Shown one piece after another: positions 14,976 through 17,193 of a stretch of DNA of 17,193 bases. This DNA is from a virus. Lineage: Duplodnaviria; Heunggongvirae; Uroviricota; Caudoviricetes. Positions within the stretch are counted from its first letter, which is position 1, and each line of letters opens with the position of its first letter. The notes beneath the pieces were generated by a model that was given only the letters and a program-made list of their open reading frames with translations, was not told the DNA's origin and did no database searches. The stretch lies in IMG/VR virus record IMGVR_UViG_3300029725_000197, one strand, 5' to 3'. The position numbers and the translations under genes were made by a program.

Positions 14976-16973
14976 TTGAAAGAAACGCTGATCGATATTG
15001 AGACCTACAGCGAGGTGGATATCGGAAAATGCGGCCTGTACCGTTATGCCACAGACCCCAGCTTTGAAATCCTGCTGGTAGCATGGGCAACCGATGAAGG
15101 GAACGGCTTTGGAGAGACCAGATGTGCAGACCTTGCATCGGGAGAACCTATTCCGGCAGAACTGCTGGAGGATTTCCAGTCCGGCAATGTGCGCCTGATC
15201 GCTCACAATGCGTCTTTTGAACGGGTGTGCTTCTCGGTGCATCTGAACCGGCACTATCCCGGACAGTATCTGAAACCCGGAGAGTTCCTGTCGCCAGACA
15301 ACTGGATCTGCACGATGGTTATGGCGGCATCGTTGACTCTGCCAATGGCTCTAAAGGATGTTGGAGCCGTGCTGAAGACCAGCCAGCAGAAAGACAAGGA
15401 AGGCGAGCGGCTGATCAAGCTGTTTTCCATGCCCTGTAAGCCGACGAAAAGCAATGGGATGCGTACCCGGAATCTTCCGGAGCATTACCCTGCAGATTGG
15501 GAGAAGTTTAAGTATTACTGCATTCAGGATGTCAAGACCGAGGTGGACATTTATAAGAGGCTGAAGAAATTCCCGATGCCGGAGCAGGAGTGGAAGCATT
15601 ACCGGGTCAATGAGCGTATCAATGACCGGGGCGTAAAGATCGACACGGAACTGGTGCAGCAGGCCATTGCCTGTGATCTGATGCTCTCAGATGCTATGAG
15701 TAAGAAAGCCTACGAACTGACAGGGCTTGAGAATCCCAACTCTGTGTCACAGCTGAAGTCATGGCTGGATGAGCGTGGCATCCCGATGGACACGCTTGGC
15801 AAAAAGGATGTAGCGCAGATGATCGAGGAACTGGACAAGAATGGAGTGGATGCCGAGGCAATGGACATGCTGAAGCTACGGCTTCAGATGGCGAAAAGTT
15901 CTGTGAAGAAATACCAGGCGGCAGAACGCTGTGTCTGCTTAGATGGCAGAGCCAGAGGGCTGTTCCAGTTCTATGGAGCCAGCCGCACAGGTCGGTATTC
16001 CGGCCGGAATATCCAGTTGCAGAATCTGCCGCAGAACCATATTTCCACGCTGGATGAGGCGAGGGAACTGGTGAAGCTGGGGTGCTTTGATATGGTCGAG
16101 ACCATCTATGGCAATACCCCGGATGTGCTTTCCCAGCTGATTCGAACGATGTTGATTCCAAGAGAGGGCTGCGAGTTCATCGTGGCCGACTTCTCCGCTA
16201 TCGAAGCCCGTGTGCTTGCATGGGAAGCCGGGGAAGACTGGCGGTTGGAAGCCTTTCTGGAAGGGAAGGACATCTACTGTGCCTCTGCCAGCCAGATGTT
16301 TCATGTGCCAGTAGTGAAGCACGGCATCAACGGGGAACTTCGGCAGAAAGGAAAGGTGGCGGAGCTGGCCTGCGGCTATGGTGGTTCTTCCGGCGCACTC
16401 ATCAGCATGGGTGCTTTGCAGATGGGCCTGAAAGAGGAGGAACTGCCGGAGATCATTGATTCCTGGCGGGAAGCCAATCCGAAGATCGTCCAGTATTGGT
16501 GGGATGTGGAAAAGGCGGCAACGCAGGCGTTTAAAACCGGAAAGCGACAGGAGATTGGTAAGCTGGCGTTTGAGTTTTATTCCGGTACGCTCTGGATGCA
16601 GCTTCCTTCTGGAAGAAAGCTGGCGTATCTGAAGCCGAGACTGCAGCCGAACCGCTTCGGTCGCATGAGCCTGACCTATGAAGGAGTGGGGCAGAACCAC
16701 AAATGGGCCAGACAGGAAACCTACTCCGGCCGGCTGGTGGAGAATGCGACACAGGCGATTGCCCGTGATATTCTGGCAGAAGCAATGGCCCGGATGGAAG
16801 GCTATGGCCTGAATATCGTCGGTCATGTTCACGATGAAGTCATCATCGAAGCACCCAAGGATCGGTACACGGTGGATGAGGTCTGTAAGTTGATGTCCGT
16901 TACCCCGGAGTGGTGCAAAGACCTTCCTCTGAATGCTGCCGGATATAAGGGCAGCTACTACTTTAAGGATTAA
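14976..16973 (+). CDS. polA: Phage-type family A DNA polymerase with 3'-5' exonuclease (665 aa)
   Basis: ExoI IDIETYS, ExoII AHNASFER, ExoIII YCIQDV; motif A ADFSAIEAR, motif B RQKGKVAELACGYG, motif C HVHDEV. No 5'-3' exonuclease domain. TTG start at 14976 after a GAGGTGA RBS. Confidence 0.93.
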   Translation: MKETLIDIETYSEVDIGKCGLYRYATDPSFEILLVAWATDEGNGFGETRCADLASGEPIPAELLEDFQSGNVRLIAHNASFERVCFSVHLNRHYPGQYLKPGEFLSPDNWICTMVMAASLTLPMALKDVGAVLKTSQQKDKEGERLIKLFSMPCKPTKSNGMRTRNLPEHYPADWEKFKYYCIQDVKTEVDIYKRLKKFPMPEQEWKHYRVNERINDRGVKIDTELVQQAIACDLMLSDAMSKKAYELTGLENPNSVSQLKSWLDERGIPMDTLGKKDVAQMIEELDKNGVDAEAMDMLKLRLQMAKSSVKKYQAAERCVCLDGRARGLFQFYGASRTGRYSGRNIQLQNLPQNHISTLDEARELVKLGCFDMVETIYGNTPDVLSQLIRTMLIPREGCEFIVADFSAIEARVLAWEAGEDWRLEAFLEGKDIYCASASQMFHVPVVKHGINGELRQKGKVAELACGYGGSSGALISMGALQMGLKEEELPEIIDSWREANPKIVQYWWDVEKAATQAFKTGKRQEIGKLAFEFYSGTLWMQLPSGRKLAYLKPRLQPNRFGRMSLTYEGVGQNHKWARQETYSGRLVENATQAIARDILAEAMARMEGYGLNIVGHVHDEVIIEAPKDRYTVDEVCKLMSVTPEWCKDLPLNAAGYKGSYYFKD

Positions 16974-16985
16974 AGGGGGAGCGAG

Positions 16986-17193
16986 ATGCCTCACGTTCTA
17001 AAAATGAAAGACGGAAAACTCCTGACACCCTTTGGCATCCGGGATCTGCTGGATGCGGTGCAGGACTATGCCGGCGAGGAACTCAGCCGGGAGATCGAAA
17101 GCTATATCGATACCAATGTGGAGGACATTGATGATTACGAAAAAGAGTACGACCGCATGGAACAGGAGAATGAACGCCTGGCTGACCATCAGC
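16986..17193 (+). CDS. Hypothetical protein, truncated by the window end (MPHVLKMKDGKLLTPFGIRDLL...)
   Basis: AAGGGGGAG RBS directly after the polymerase stop and ATG at 16986, open to the end of the window. Not in the ORF track because no stop is visible. Confidence 0.7.
   Translation, partial: MPHVLKMKDGKLLTPFGIRDLLDAVQDYAGEELSREIESYIDTNVEDIDDYEKEYDRMEQENERLADHQ

Larger units (their letters stand above)
9823..17193 (+). mobile_element. Prophage-like / phage-derived integrative element: regulation and replication module (boundaries not visible; probably extends left over the cargo)
   Basis: Gene order XRE, sigma-r4, DUF4406-like, DUF2800, DUF2815 SSB, PolA is characteristic of temperate-phage replication modules in Bacillota. 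No integrase or att site in the window. Confidence 0.75.

Noticed and set aside
15939..16994. 351-aa antisense ORF over polA
   Set aside because: Antisense shadow frame with no recognisable domain.
16998..17189. 63-aa minus-strand ORF
   Set aside because: Antisense to an RBS-supported + strand ORF starting at 16986.
1..17193. att sites, integrase, IS elements, tRNA, reverse transcriptase/DGR
   Set aside because: None detected by eye. Element boundaries appear to lie outside the window.

Overview
This window looks like part of an integrated phage-like mobile element from a Bacillota (Clostridia-type) genome; the host assignment is inferred from gene content and promoter/RBS style. The left end has two hypothetical genes. 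Next is a six-gene minus-strand mutagenesis-type cassette: XRE-S24 (LexA/HdiR-like) repressor, small hypothetical, Y-family DNA polymerase, YolD-like protein, rubredoxin-type CxxC protein and a small internally duplicated hydrophobic protein. Divergent from it is a ~660-aa ImmA/IrrE-type metallopeptidase fused to a C-terminal XRE HTH, with a Clostridial-type LexA box at its promoter. An AT-richer NACHT (NLR-like) NTPase gene converges on that peptidase gene and is followed by a small XRE regulator. The right half is a phage-type replication operon behind a long structured leader: sigma70-region-4 protein, DUF4406-like protein, two acidic proteins, DUF2800 Cas4-like nuclease, DUF2815 SSB, a Leu762-type family A polymerase and a truncated ORF. 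No rRNA, tRNA, CRISPR array, integrase or transposase was seen. The best candidate for a novel system is the back-to-back DNA-damage switch (own-operator S24 repressor/PolY cassette versus LexA-boxed IrrE-HTH fusion), with a NACHT defence-like gene lying between the protease and its possible XRE substrate.
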